Source of the DNA: Dictyostelium discoideum
Taxonomy: Eukaryota
Reading direction: 5' to 3'
Assembly (NCBI GenBank): GCA_000004695.1
Contig: CM000154.2
Span: 832,001 to 896,000, forward strand
Length of the DNA stretch: 64,000 bases
The translations under genes and the position numbers were made by a program. Positions 40,233 to 52,917 of this stretch are shown one piece after another; position 1 is the stretch's first letter; each line of letters opens with the position of its first letter. The notes beneath the pieces were generated by a model. That model was given only the letters and a program-made list of their open reading frames with translations, ran no database searches and was not told the DNA's origin.

Positions 40233-40347
40233 CAAAAATAAAAAAACGACAAAAATTTTCAACTTTTGTTTTATTTTTATTTTTTTTTATTTTTATTTTT
40301 TTTTATTTTTTTTTAATTCTATTTTTATTTTTATTTTTAATTTATTA

Positions 40348-41521
40348 TTATTGTTTTTTAATTGAATCTAATTTATAAAGATCATCTCTTTTTTGTGAAT
40401 AAATTGGAATTGAAGATCTTGTTTCATTTAAAGTATTTAAATCTATATCAGAGTAAATTATAGATTGATGTTCATCAGTTGTTGCTAAAATTGTACCCCA
40501 TGAATTGACAATAGTTGAATGACCCCAAGCTTGATAGGTTGAAGAAGGATTTCTAGCTGGTGATATAGCAGCAACGAAAACTTGATTATCAACAGCTCTA
40601 CCTCTTTGAAGTAATTCCCAATGAGCTGGACCTGTAACCATATTGAAAGCACCTGGATAAATTAAGAATTTAGCACCCATCTTTGAATATAACATAGCCA
40701 ATTCTGGAAATCTAATATCATAACAAATTGCAACACCAATTTTACAATAACCAATATCAACAACACTAAAACTATCACCTGGTGTTAATGTTTCACTCTC
40801 TTTAAATCTAATTTTATTTGGTACATCAATATCAAATAAATGAATCTTTATAATAATAATAATAATAATAATAAAAAATAATAATATTAATATTATTATT
40901 ATTAATTTTAAATTATAAATAAATATATATTTACTTTTCTATGTTTTTTAACAACTTCACCTTTATCATTAAAAATGAAACAAGTATTATAAATTTTACC
41001 AGTTGCTTTATCAATTTCTGGAATTGAACCACCAACTAAAAAGATTTGATTTCTTTTTGCAGCTTCTGATAATTTTTTAACTGTTTCACCATCTTCTGTT
41101 TCACTATATTTTTCAAAGGTTGATGTTGAATATGGACTATTAAAACATTCCTATTTTTTTAAAAAAAAAAAAAAAAGGATTAATAATAATTTTTAAAAAT
41201 AATAATTAAAAATAAAAAAAAAATAAAATAAAAAAAAATAAAATTTACTGGTAATGAAATTAATTTTGCACCATTTTTAGCAGCTTCATCAATATGTTTA
41301 ATTGCATTTTGTACATTTTCTTCTTTATTATCACCACAGAGTAATTGAATACCTGCAAATTTGAATACCTTTTCTTTATCTGCCATTAAATGAACTTTTC
41401 TTAATTGTTGGGAAATATGTGTAAATGATTTTGTTGTTGTTGAACAGTTGTTATTATTATTAAATAATGATGTCGAAAATTTTGATGTGTTTTTAAATGA
41501 ATTAATTAAACCTCTATACAT
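40348..41521 (-). CDS. NIT2 omega-amidase (nitrilase superfamily), 3 exons (41521-41249, 41149-40925, 40848-40348)
   Basis: Near-collinear with human NIT2: ...[103 protein letters not shown]...[11 protein letters not shown]. Donors GTAAAT at 41248 and 40924. Acceptors aaaatAG at 41150-51 and tataaAG at 40849-50. Exon lengths 273/225/501 nt preserve the frame. Confidence 0.88.
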
Positions 41522-41780
41522 TTATAATTATCCAAACAAAAAAAAAGAAAAAAAAAAAAAAAAAAAAAAAAGTCAATGCAAATATGATTAATAAAAAAAA
41601 AAATTTTTTAATTTCATTTTTTTTTTTTTAAAAAAAAAAAAATAAAAATAAAAAGAAAAATAAAAATAATAAAAAAGATTTAAAAAATAAAATAAAATAA
41701 AAAATTTAAAAAATTTAAAAAATAGATATAGTTTTTATAAATATTAATTATTAAATTAATGATTATTTATTATTATTATT

Positions 41781-41907
<127 letters not shown>

Positions 41908-41967
41908 ACAAATTAGGTAATTGAGTTAGTCATATTACCAATAATTTTTATTTATTTATTTATTTTT

Positions 41968-42004
<37 letters not shown>

Positions 42005-42208
42005 CAAACTAATCTTTAAAGTTATAATAAAAATTGCTTTAAATTCTTAAGTGGTTAAAGAGGGGTTTGAAAGTTTAATGTGTGAAAGTAAAAAAGTGGT
42101 GTGGTTTGGAAGTTTTTTTTTTTTTTTTTTTTTTTTTTGTTTTTTTTTTTTTTTGTTTAACAAAAAAAAAAAAAAGAAAGAAAATTGAAAATTTTTAAAT
42201 TCTTTTTT

Positions 42209-42841
42209 TTAACGAACTGGATTTTCAGGATTTGATTTTGAAGCTTTATGAAATACATAACCAGCAATTAAAGCTATAGTCATTGCTAAAATAACGATTA
42301 CAATTACTTTGATAGCATGATATTTCATAAAGATTTTAAATTTTTCAGATGGAGTTTTATATTTTGTTGATCTTAGATCATTTAAATCTTCCTCTTCTTC
42401 ATAATCATCTAAATCCTCTTTTGCATTGATATGAATATCATCAAATCTAATTTTCTTTTGTTGCTGTTGATGTTGTTGTTGAATTTGGTTATGATTTAAA
42501 CCGATATCCAATACAGAATTTGAAGCTAAACTTTTTTGTTTCTTTTCACCAGTTACTTTCTCTAACCTTTTAATGTATTCTTGAATTTGTGAATTGTAAT
42601 TTGTAATTTTCGGTCTAAGTTGAGAGATTTCACCAGAATTTTGTGATGAAAATTCCAATTGTTGAGTGATTTCTTCTGCTTCTTCAATATAGTTTGTTGC
42701 TTGATTAACATAAACCAATATTTGATCAGTACTTATTCCACCTGGATTAGTTTGATTAAATTCTAATTGTGATAAATTATCTTCAATTGAATTAAATACA
42801 TCTGATAAATCTGATTCATAATGTGAATATACGTGTTCCAT
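42209..42841 (-). CDS. tail-anchored coiled-coil membrane protein (SNARE/Sec20/Use1-like topology; function unassigned)
   Basis: 210-aa ORF. The N-terminus has helical heptad character (ILVYVNQATNYIEEAEEITQQLEF...IQEYIKRLEKVTG). A single C-terminal TM, IKVIVIVILAMTIALIAGYVF, sits about 15 aa from the end. Confidence 0.5.
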   Translation of the reverse strand: MEHVYSHYESDLSDVFNSIEDNLSQLEFNQTNPGGISTDQILVYVNQATNYIEEAEEITQQLEFSSQNSGEISQLRPKITNYNSQIQEYIKRLEKVTGEKKQKSLASNSVLDIGLNHNQIQQQHQQQQKKIRFDDIHINAKEDLDDYEEEEDLNDLRSTKYKTPSEKFKIFMKYHAIKVIVIVILAMTIALIAGYVFHKASKSNPENPVR

Positions 42842-43077
42842 TTATTTTTATTTTTATTTTTATTATTATTTTTATTATTATTTTATTATTTTATTTTGTA
42901 AATCTTAAATTTATTAATAGATATAAATATATATATCTCTAAACCAAAAGGAAAATAAAAAGAAAAAAAAAAAGAAAAAAAGTAAAAAAAAAAGAAAAAA
43001 AAAAAAAAATAAAAAATTAAAATTAAAATTAGAAAAAAAAAAAAAATTAAAAAATTAATGATGAAATGTGGGGTTTA

Positions 43078-43120
<43 letters not shown>

Positions 43121-43203
43121 AAAAAAAACGACATTAAATTTTCATTTCACTTTTTTTTTATTTTTTTTTTTTTCCAACTCGATGTGTCAATAAAAAAAAA
43201 GAA

Positions 43204-44358
43204 ATGTTGAAGTCAAAAATATCATTTATTTCAAGATGTACCTATAAAATAATAGAAGCCCAAAAATTTGAGGCCCAATATCTAACGAAAATAAAACCAT
43301 CAAACCAAAATATAAATCCTAGGAAATCAAAATTTTTGAAATTTTTTAAAGACCAGCCCAAAATTACAAATAATACAAATAAAACAAAAACAAAAGCAAA
43401 AGCAAATGCAAAAGCAACACCATCAGAAACTACAGAAGCAACAACAAAAGAAAAAAATAAAGTTATGACATTTCTTGGTAAACCATTTGAATTCAACAGA
43501 TCTAGATATATTGAAATATCTAAAGAAAATCAAATTCAATTATTTTTTAGAGCATTAAAACATTGTGGTGGTTCATCGATTTCAGATATTTATAAAATTT
43601 CCTATAGAGAATTTACAAATTCACCAGAAGGTCAATCTATATTTTATTTTTTTGGTGGATCAATGGTTAGAATGTGTTATACATTATTTCCAGATTTCGA
43701 ATGGGCACCATGGTTATTTAAAAAGAATAGTGATTTATCAAAAATGAGAAGAGAAAAAGATTATGATTATAGTAGAGAAATTAAATGGTTCGCTGCAAAA
43801 CACAATATCAAAGATTCAAATTTAGATGACTGGTATAAAATGAAATTAACCGACCTTTTAAAGGAATGCAAGATACGAAATCTCTTTAGTATTGGTTTGG
43901 TAGATTTCATTCGAAAAGCGTACCCACATCATAAATTTTATTTATTTAAATTCCATAAAATTATATTGTGGTGGAAGTATCCAGACGGACTTGACGATTT
44001 CCGTCAATATTTACTCAAAGAAACACAATTCACTTCAATGGAACAATTTTATTTATTGTCAAAAACAAAATTCACTTCTTTGGGAGGTACCTCGCTTCTT
44101 TTATACTACAAATATGATTTACACCAAATCTATAGCATATTATTTCCAGATTATCCTTGGAATAAAGAATTACTAACACCAGAGGCCTTTCAACAACTTA
44201 CAAATCCAAAGTTTGAAAAAATAGAACCAATTTCCAAAAATTTCGATTTTCCAAAATTTAAAAAGAAAAAATCAAAATTTAAATATGAAACTTTTGCTCC
44301 GACTCAAATAGAAACTCAACAAGAATTACTCAATAAAATTAATGAAAATCTTAAATAA
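43204..44358 (+). CDS. hypothetical protein with an internally duplicated ~50-aa module and a basic N-terminus (possible organellar targeting)
   Basis: 384-aa single ORF. Modules SISDIYKISYREFTNSPEGQSIFYFFGGSMVRMCYTLFPDFEWAPW and TSMEQFYLLSKTKFTSLGGTSLLLYYKYDLHQIYSILFPDYPWNKELL share the pattern F..(L)GG(S/T)...Y..(L)FPD(F/Y).W. Confidence 0.55.
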   Translation: MLKSKISFISRCTYKIIEAQKFEAQYLTKIKPSNQNINPRKSKFLKFFKDQPKITNNTNKTKTKAKANAKATPSETTEATTKEKNKVMTFLGKPFEFNRSRYIEISKENQIQLFFRALKHCGGSSISDIYKISYREFTNSPEGQSIFYFFGGSMVRMCYTLFPDFEWAPWLFKKNSDLSKMRREKDYDYSREIKWFAAKHNIKDSNLDDWYKMKLTDLLKECKIRNLFSIGLVDFIRKAYPHHKFYLFKFHKIILWWKYPDGLDDFRQYLLKETQFTSMEQFYLLSKTKFTSLGGTSLLLYYKYDLHQIYSILFPDYPWNKELLTPEAFQQLTNPKFEKIEPISKNFDFPKFKKKKSKFKYETFAPTQIETQQELLNKINENLK

Positions 44359-44626
44359 CATATATCTTTTTTTTTTTTACAACTTTTTTTTTTATTTATT
44401 TTATTTTTATTTTTAGTTCACTTTATTCTTTTTATTGTGTCTTTCAATTATATTAATTTCATCACCATTATCGTTATTATTATTATCCATATTATCTATA
44501 TTATCCATATTATTATTATTATTATTATTATTATTTGTATTATCATTATTATTATCATCTGTATCAACAAATTCATTTGGTGATTGATCTTCAGATTCAC
44601 TAAAAATAATAATTAAAATAAAAAGG

Positions 44627-45241
44627 TTAGGAAAAAAAAGAAGTATTAGAAATTAGAAATGATGTAGAAAAGTTAAATACATACTTTTGTAACTGTTGTC
44701 TTTTTGTTACTCTTTTTACTGAAGTTTGTGTGGTTGGTGTTGGTGTTTGTGGTGGTGTTGGTGTTTGTGTTTGAGTAGGGGGTGTTGGTGTAATTAATTT
44801 TAAGGAAATTCTTAATTTTTCTCTTTGAGAGTCTGTATGTTGAGGGCATTTCAAAGTTTTTGTACACATTTTACCTGTATTGTTTGAAACAACACCACAA
44901 ATTCTACTTAAAAGTGATTGAATCTTTTCAAAAGATAGTGATTTAACAGCATCCAATGAATATGCTTTTGATTTGGTTTTTCTTTTCGATTTTGATTTTT
45001 TATTTGATGGATCATAATCATCATCTGAATCTTCCTCATTTTCAGAATTGATTGACCCACCACTAATATTTGTATTATTGTTATTGTTATTTACACCATT
45101 GGTATTGGTATTATTACCATTACCATTTATATTGTTTGTACTATTTGATCCATTATTAATATTAATATTGTTATTATTATTATTATTAGTTGGAGATTTA
45201 TTTATAATATTATTATTATTATTATTGTTATTAGTATTATT

Positions 45242-45280
<39 letters not shown>

Positions 45281-48200
45281 TCCATTAACATTGTTTAGTA
45301 ATGCTTTATTTTGTTTTCTTGCACTTCTAATAGTTCTACCAACACCCATACATTTCTCTAAATGTGGTGCATAACGTGATGAAATTACACTTCCATTACA
45401 TTTAATACACTCAAAAGTATCGGTTTGATTCTTTGTTAATTGACCAAATATATCCAAACCAGGTTTCTTTATAATTTCTGGTGGGGGTGAATAATCTTCA
45501 TCATTCAATAAACCAAGTTGAATATTTTTATGAACTTCAAAAACAATCTCTAATAACTCTTCCTCAAATAAATCTCTATAAATTTCATTAGCCATTTCAT
45601 CTTCAAATGTTTTATTTTCAACATCTGATAAATCTGGTTCCTCTTCTTCTTCTTCTTCTCCACCTCCTCTTCCTTCCTCTTCCATTATTTGATCTTGTTG
45701 CGGTTGTTGAGTTGGTGGTCGTGTTTGTGTTTGTTGTTTTTGCTGTTGATTTGGTGAAGAAGATGAAGATGATGAATTGGTAGTTTTTGTTGTTGTGTTT
45801 GTTGTTGTTGATTCTATTGTTGTTGGTATTGATGTTGATGTTGATGTTTGGGCACTTGTATCTTTTTCTGTTTCAGTTTGAAAAGTTGAAGCAGTAGTAT
45901 CATTTGGTTCACTCATAACAACATCTTCAACAGTCGATTGCACTATTTCTTTCTTATCTTTTTTACCATTTGATCTTGTTTTTTTAGTTGGTACCATTGG
46001 TTCTGGCGGTATTTTATCCTTTGATTTCTCTTTTTCTAATTTTTCTAATTTTTCTTTCTCTTTTTCCAATTTTTCTTGTTTCTCTTTTTCTAATCTTTCT
46101 TTTTCAGCTTGTTTCGCAGCTTGTTTCTCTTTTTCTGCTTGGGCTTTTGTTAATTTCTTTGCAACTGGTGGAGTGATTGCTGATTTTGGTTTTGTTGGTG
46201 CTGAAGTGGTTGTTGTCGTTGTTGTTGTTGATGAATTTGCAGCAGCGGCTGCAGCAGCAGATGATTTTGATCTTGATGATGGTGGTGGTGGTTGTTTTGC
46301 TTGTGATGCTTTTGAAATTTTGGCAACTGGTTGATGAATTTTAGATTTTGATTTCTTTGTACTTCCCAATGGTCTACCTCTACCAGTTGGTTTGGGTTTT
46401 TCATTACTACTACTAGCATTATCATCAGTATTTGTATCATCAGTTTCAATTTCTTCCTCATCAGATCCTGAACCTGATGTTGATCCTGTTTCTCCAGATG
46501 TATATTCATCACTTTCATCATCCCAATAACTATCACTTTCATCATAACTATAACTATCAGAATCTTCAGAATCTTCAGAATCATAATCAACAGTTTTTGT
46601 TTTTTTCTTATTATTATTATTATTATTGTTATTATTATTATTATTATTTATTTTTGATGATGATAATGATGCACTTGATTTCTTTGGTATTATTTTCTTT
46701 ATTGTTGTTGTTATATCTTTATCCTTATTACTACCAATACTGTCTTTATTGCTACTATTTACATTTTTTTTTAAATTTGAATTGGTAGTTGTTGATGAGA
46801 TACTGCTTGAAACCTTACCTCCACTGGACAAGGATGAAGAAGATTTTGATATTATATTTTTGGGTTTATCTTTTTCTTTGTCTTTATCTTTATCTTTTTC
46901 TTTTTCTTTTTCTTTATCCTTTTCCTTTTCCTTTTCTTTGTCTCTATCTTTATCTTTTTCTTTTTCTTTTTCTTTATCTTTATCTTTATCTCTTTCTTTA
47001 TCTCTTTCTTTCTCTCTATCTTTTTCTCTATCTCTATCTCTATCTCTATCCCTGTCACGGTCTCTTTCTCTATCTCTGTCTCTGTCGCGGTCTCTATCTC
47101 TGTCTCTGTCTCTATCTCGATCTCTGTCCCTGTCTCTATCTCGATCTCTATCTCTTTCTTTATCCTTTTCAGATAGTTTATAGTCTTTATAATCTTTGTA
47201 GTCTTTATAGTCTCTATCTCTGTCACGATCTCTATCTCTGTCTCTATCACGATCCCTATCACGGTCTCTATCTCTGTCTCTATCTCTATCGATTGATTTG
47301 TAATCTCTATCTTTTTCTTTGTAATCTCTATCTTTTTCTTTGTAATCTCTATCTTTATAATCTCTATCTTTATAATCCCTATCTTTATAATCTTTATCAG
47401 ATTTACCACTGACACCAATTGAAGAAGATGATTTTTTAATTAAGGAGGAGGTTGGTATACTTGATGATGAAGTTGAAACGTTTGATGTTGAAAGGATTGG
47501 ACTTGACCTTTCAGATTTACTCTCTGAACTAGTTGGTGAAGATAGATTTTTTGTATTACTACCACTATTAATTGATGAGGATGATGATGATATATTTGAA
47601 ACTGCGCTTGTATTTGAACTACTTGATGATAATTTATTTCTATCTTTACCTCTATCCCTATCTCTATCTCTTTCCCTTGATCTTGAACGATCTCTATCAC
47701 GATCCCTCGAACGATCTCTTGAGCGATCTCTTGATCTTGAACGATCCCTATCTCTCCTACGGTCTCTATCACGATCACGATCACGATCTCTATCCCTATC
47801 TAATCCACCACTACTTCCACCACTTCTACCTATATCTCTTTCTCTATCTCTATCTCTATCACGATCCCTATCACGATCCCTATCCCTATCCCTATAATAA
47901 CGATCACGATCTCTTGACCTTGATCTTGATCTATCTCTTACCCTATCACGTATTCTATCCCTTGATCTATCTCTATCACGTATTCTATCTCTACTTCTAT
48001 CACGTGATCTATCTCTATCTCTCATATATTTATCATCTTTTCCGCCGCCACCACCACCACCACCACCACCACCACTCTTTGATTTATCTTTTCCATCAGC
48101 ACCAATACCAATAATACCTGATGGTGGTGATTTATTTATATTATCGCTATTACTACCACCTCCAATTGAAGGTAAAAATGAAGGTAAAAATGAAGAAGTT

Positions 48201-48841
48201 GAAGAAGGACTTGTTTGCAATATCGGTGTTGTTGATGTTGATGATGATTTTTCAAGTTCTCTACTTGATTTTAATGAAGTTGAAGTTGAGGTTGATGATG
48301 TTGGAATTGATGTCGATGATGTTGAAATTGATGATTGTGATGTGGATAATGGTGATTTTAAAGGTTTTAAAGAAGATGAAGATGATTTACCATCTCTAAA
48401 TTTATCCCTATCTTTTCTATCTCTTGATCTATCTCTTGATCTATCTCTACTTCTATCACGTGCTCTATCTCTTGAACGATCTCTCGCTCTATCTCTTGAT
48501 CTATCTCTACTTCTATCACGTGATCTGTCTCTACTATCCCTAGATGATGATAAACTTGTTATATTGGATTTATTATTTTCTTTTAGTTGATCTTTTTTTA
48601 AAGAGGAAGAGAAAGAAGAGGAAGAAATTTGAAATGATGATGTATTATCTTTTGACCTGTTTAATGCATGTTGTTGTGATACAAAGGTTTGTGGTGAATT
48701 TGATGATGATGATGATGATGACGTTGGTGGAGGTGGTGGTGGAGGTGGAGGTGGAGGTGGGGGTGAATTACTACTATAACCACTACTACCACTATTATTA
48801 TTATTATTATTATTATTAGGATATGTCGGATCAAATGACAT
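44627..48841 (-). CDS. ataxin-7 / Sgf73-like protein (SAGA DUB-module subunit) with an enormous low-complexity RD/RS/KE-repeat N-terminal region
   Basis: The C-terminal third contains FECIKCNGSVISSRYAPHLEKCMGVGR (Sgf73/ATXN7-type zinc finger; compare ...SRFAPHLEKCLGMGR) and RICGVVSNNTGKMCTKTLKCPQHTDSQREKLRISL (SCA7 domain consensus CGV...G..C.RSL.CK.HS...R). Upstream is about 900 aa of (RDRS)n, (DYKDR)n, (DRDR)n, (KEKD)n, poly-S, poly-N, poly-P. A possible alternative terminal exon at 44599-44413 follows a GTATGT...tttttAG 85-bp intron (44684-44600). Confidence 0.7.
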
Positions 48842-49631
48842 AATTTAAAGTATATATACAAAAAAAAGTAAACACATAATATCAATTTCCCTTTTTTTAC
48901 TATTTATTTTAACTTTTACTAATTTTATAGTTTTTTCCTTTATTATTAATATTATTTTTATAATTATATAATGAGTTGAAATAGATATTTCGTGCTCTTT
49001 TTTTTGCTTATTTTTCGTTGAGTTTGCCAAACGTGCTGAATTTTTAGAAAAATAAAAAATAAAAAAAATAAAAAAAAAAATTAAAAACAAAAAAAAAAAA
49101 ATAAAAAAATAAAAAAAAAAAATAATTATATAGTTTTCAAAAAAATATTATAAATAAAATAAAATTTATTTATTTTTACTAAATAGGATTTTTTTAAATA
49201 AACTATTTCCATTTTTATATAATAAAAATTGAAAAAATAATAAAAAAAAAAAAAATAATAAAATTAAAAAAAAAATAATTGGGTCATTTGGACAAAAGGG
49301 GGTAATTTTATTTTTTTTTTTAAAACCCAATTTATTTTATTTAACTATAACCATTTCCAAAAAAAAAAAAAATTTAAAACTTTAAAAAATTATTTTTAAA
49401 TTGTGATCAGTTTCTTTTTTCCAATTATTTATTTAATCAAGAATAAAATAAAAAAAAAAAAAAAAGTTGGACTATTTATTTAAATATTTATTTTGAATTT
49501 TATTACATGTTTTTTAGAGTTTATTTTTATTTTATATTATTTTTTTTTTTTTTTGATTATTTATTTATAAATTTTTTGATTTTTTTTTTTTTTTTTTTAT
49601 ATATTTATTAAATTTTTTTATAAAAAGAGTT

Positions 49632-52600
49632 TTATTCAGTAAATTCAAATGGTTCTGGAGTTGAAGGTTCTGGAAGAGTTGGAGAAGTTGTAGTGGTAGC
49701 ATTTGGAAGTGAAGCAGTAGCAGTAGCAGTACCAGATTGATTTCCAACAGTTTCTTGTTTAGTTTCTGGTTTTTCTTTTACAACCAATTGTTCTGGTTCA
49801 TTTGGAGTTAAATCTCTCAACATAACGATACCAATGGCAGGACTCTTTTTAATTGGTTGATAACGAGCATCATCAAATTGAACATATTGTAATTGTCTTG
49901 GTACGATACGAGCAGGATTTGATTTTCTTTCAAAGAGTGGTTCTTTTTCTTCGGCTTTGGCAGCTTCTTTTTCTTCCTTTTCTTTGGCTTCTTTTTCTTT
50001 GGCTTCTTTCTCCTCTTTTTCTTTCTTTTCAACATCTTGATCAATATTCATAGCGGAACGAGAACTTTGAAGTTTATTCTTTCTACTGTAGGAGAGGATG
50101 GCTGTTTCAATTTTATTGGTTGAGCTTGTGGTGGATGGTTTGGTTTCAGGTGGATAAGCAAAGAGTGATGGTCTGCAATTGGATTTGAAAGTGAAAACTG
50201 GCATTTCCAAGTTTTTGTTGAGACCAATGATAGAGGTTGGAGTTAACGCTAAGCCCATAAAGTGAGTCATTGGGAACCAATACCAAAATTGAAGGAAACC
50301 AGCAATACCAACGATAGCATTCATATTCTTGTGACCACTTGGTGAATGTAATTGAATGGTAGAGTTTCTACCACCGGCATCAATGACACCAAATGCTAAT
50401 ACAGCACCAAACTTGGACATTGAATCCTCACGTTTATCACTGATACAAGTGGCGAATAATTTTCTGGCGGTTTCAGCCTCTGGTACCAACTCTTTACTGG
50501 TTTGAATCAATACCATAGCCATGGAGATCCAAGCGGCTTGTTTAACGTAACCAACACTATCGGTGGTGAGTGATTTTAAAATTTCCAAAGCATCTCTTTG
50601 ACCGGTACCAGCACATGCAATACCCAAAGCGAAAGCGGCACCATAACGAACGTGTGGGTTATAACTTTCGGCCAACAAAGCGATTGCCTTTGGACATTTC
50701 TCTGGTTGTCTGGACAAAACGAAACCAATACAAGTGACGGCAGCTCTTCTAACAGAGTCGGTACCATCAGAGACGGCGACATGTAAGAGTTTTCTCAAGG
50801 CATCATTGTGACCAGTTCCACAGTAAGCAAAGGCAATTGCATACATACCACCATATCTAATCAATGGATCTTTGTCACCAATCATTTGCTCGATCAAGGT
50901 GTCGGCACTCTCCTCCTTGCCATACATTAAGAATGCCAAACCCATGGATAAGGATCTGATGGTTTTCTCATGTTGGGTCTCATGAGCATATGCCAACATC
51001 TCTTCGATGGCCTTCTTTGCGCCACTGCCCAACATCACCAAACCCATAGCCAAACCAGCGGCCTCACCAGAGACGGCGTCATCGTTATAGAGCACACTTT
51101 TCAAATCTTCATACAAATCATCACGACCTGTTGCCATTGCAGCCAAACCCAAACCCAAGGATGCACCATGATGAAGGATGGCATTGTTGATGTGTAACTT
51201 CTCCACTAAATAATCGATGATCTCCTCGCCATGTGAAGCATGAATTAAACCGAGAGCATAAAGAGAACCAGATTCAGAGTATGGAGTTTGATTGACACTA
51301 GCACCTGGCAAATAAGTCTTCAAGAGTGATTTGCTCTCTTTGATATGACCCTTGTTAATTACACCCAAACTTGAGATTGCGCTAAACTTTGTCCAATGAG
51401 TTGATTTGTATAACCATTCAATATTACTTCTTAAAAATGTATCTCTAGTTGTACCAGCATGCATCAATGCATTGGCAAATAATGTACCAGAATAAAAGAT
51501 GGCACCCTTATGTAATTCACTGGTGGTTTTCATTGATTGTAAAATGTGCATATCAGTACTACAATTACGATAAAGAAATTCTAAATTCATACCAATTGAT
51601 ACATCTCCAATTAAAATTGAATGTAATCTTTCTAAACGTTGTTCAAAGGATGATGATCCTCCACTCTTTTCATTACCACTATCTATATCAATTTCCATAC
51701 TATCTGATGCTGGTGTTGTTGTTGTTGTTGTTGTTGATTTCTTTTCAACTGGTGGTAATCTATTACGAACATTTAATAAAAATTGTTGTGTACTATTTTG
51801 AAAAAGATCAAATCCAATTTGATATGCAAGTAATAATGATTCCTAAAAAAATATAAAAAAAAATGGTGTTAATAACACAAACACACACACTCACTTTTTT
51901 TTTATTTTTTTATTTTAAAAAAGTTTACTTACTTCATCTTTTTTAATTAATGATAATAAAATTGTAGCAACTTCAATATGGTTATCTAAAAAGATTAAAC
52001 ATTGAACAACACTAAGATAATCTGGTTTTTCTTGGGCTAAATGAAGATTAACCAAAATACCTAAAACACTATGACGGAAATGACGATTGTTTACTGAAAC
52101 ATTACAAATGTGAAGACAATAAGAGAGCATACTATTTACATTACCAGATTGTGAAATTGCTTTTTCAATTATATCTAATCTTCTTGCTTCAATAGCAATA
52201 CCTAATGCCTGTTTATATGATCCTTCCCTTTTTTATTAAAAATATGTTAGAATTTTATTATTATTAAAAAAAAAAAAAATAAAAAAATACATACTTGAAA
52301 CATCTATCAAACATTCCCATTACAATTGATTCGAGATGTGGATTGATAACAGTGTCTTTATTTGTGGATGTTCTTAATTTAATATATTCATCAATAAATT
52401 TATCTAATTTTTCCAAAAAAAAAAAATAAAAAAAAAAAATAAAGTTAGTAAAATTTGATAATTTTTATGGATTATAAAAAAAAATAAATATAATCAATTA
52501 ATTTGAAAGTTACATAAAAGTGTTTCAATGTATTCACTCTTTGATAAAACATTAAATAAAGAACCAGCTGATAACGCATATTCCATTGAATTTGGGAAAT

Positions 52601-52917
52601 CACTTAAATTGTAATATACTTTTGATAAAACTAATGATGCAAGTTCATGTTTTGGAAATTGTTTATTGACTGATAATGATTTTCTATTTTAATTTTTTTA
52701 TTTAGTTTTTTTTTTTAAATTAGTTTTAAAAGAGAATTATAAAAAAAAAATTAATAATAATAATTTATATATACATTTTATCGATTGAAGATGATGCAAT
52801 TTCTGACCAAAATTCATCAACACATGAATCTAATTTTTCTAATGAATATGATTTCAATTCTAATTGATCTTCATCCAATAATGATAGGTAATTAGAAACT
52901 GAATTAATTGCTACCAT
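49632..52917 (-). CDS. psmD1: 26S proteasome regulatory subunit RPN2/PSMD1, 5 exons (52917-52775, 52683-52514, 52403-52295, 52227-51933, 51842-49632)
   Basis: Collinear with human PSMD1 by recall. MVAINSVSNYLSLLDEDQLELK...; ASLVLSKVYYNLSDFPNSMEYALSAGSLFNV (compare [31 protein letters not shown]); DRCFKEGSYKQALGIAIEARRLD; LLLAYQIGFDLF; the PC-repeat region ...HGASLGLGLAAMATGR...YGGMYAIAFAYCGTG...HVRYGAAFALGIACAGTG; and a KEKE tail. Donors GTATAT, GTAACT, GTATGT, GTAAGT; all acceptors are (t)nAG. Exon lengths 143/170/109/295/2211 nt with phases 2/1/2/0 are consistent. Confidence 0.88.
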
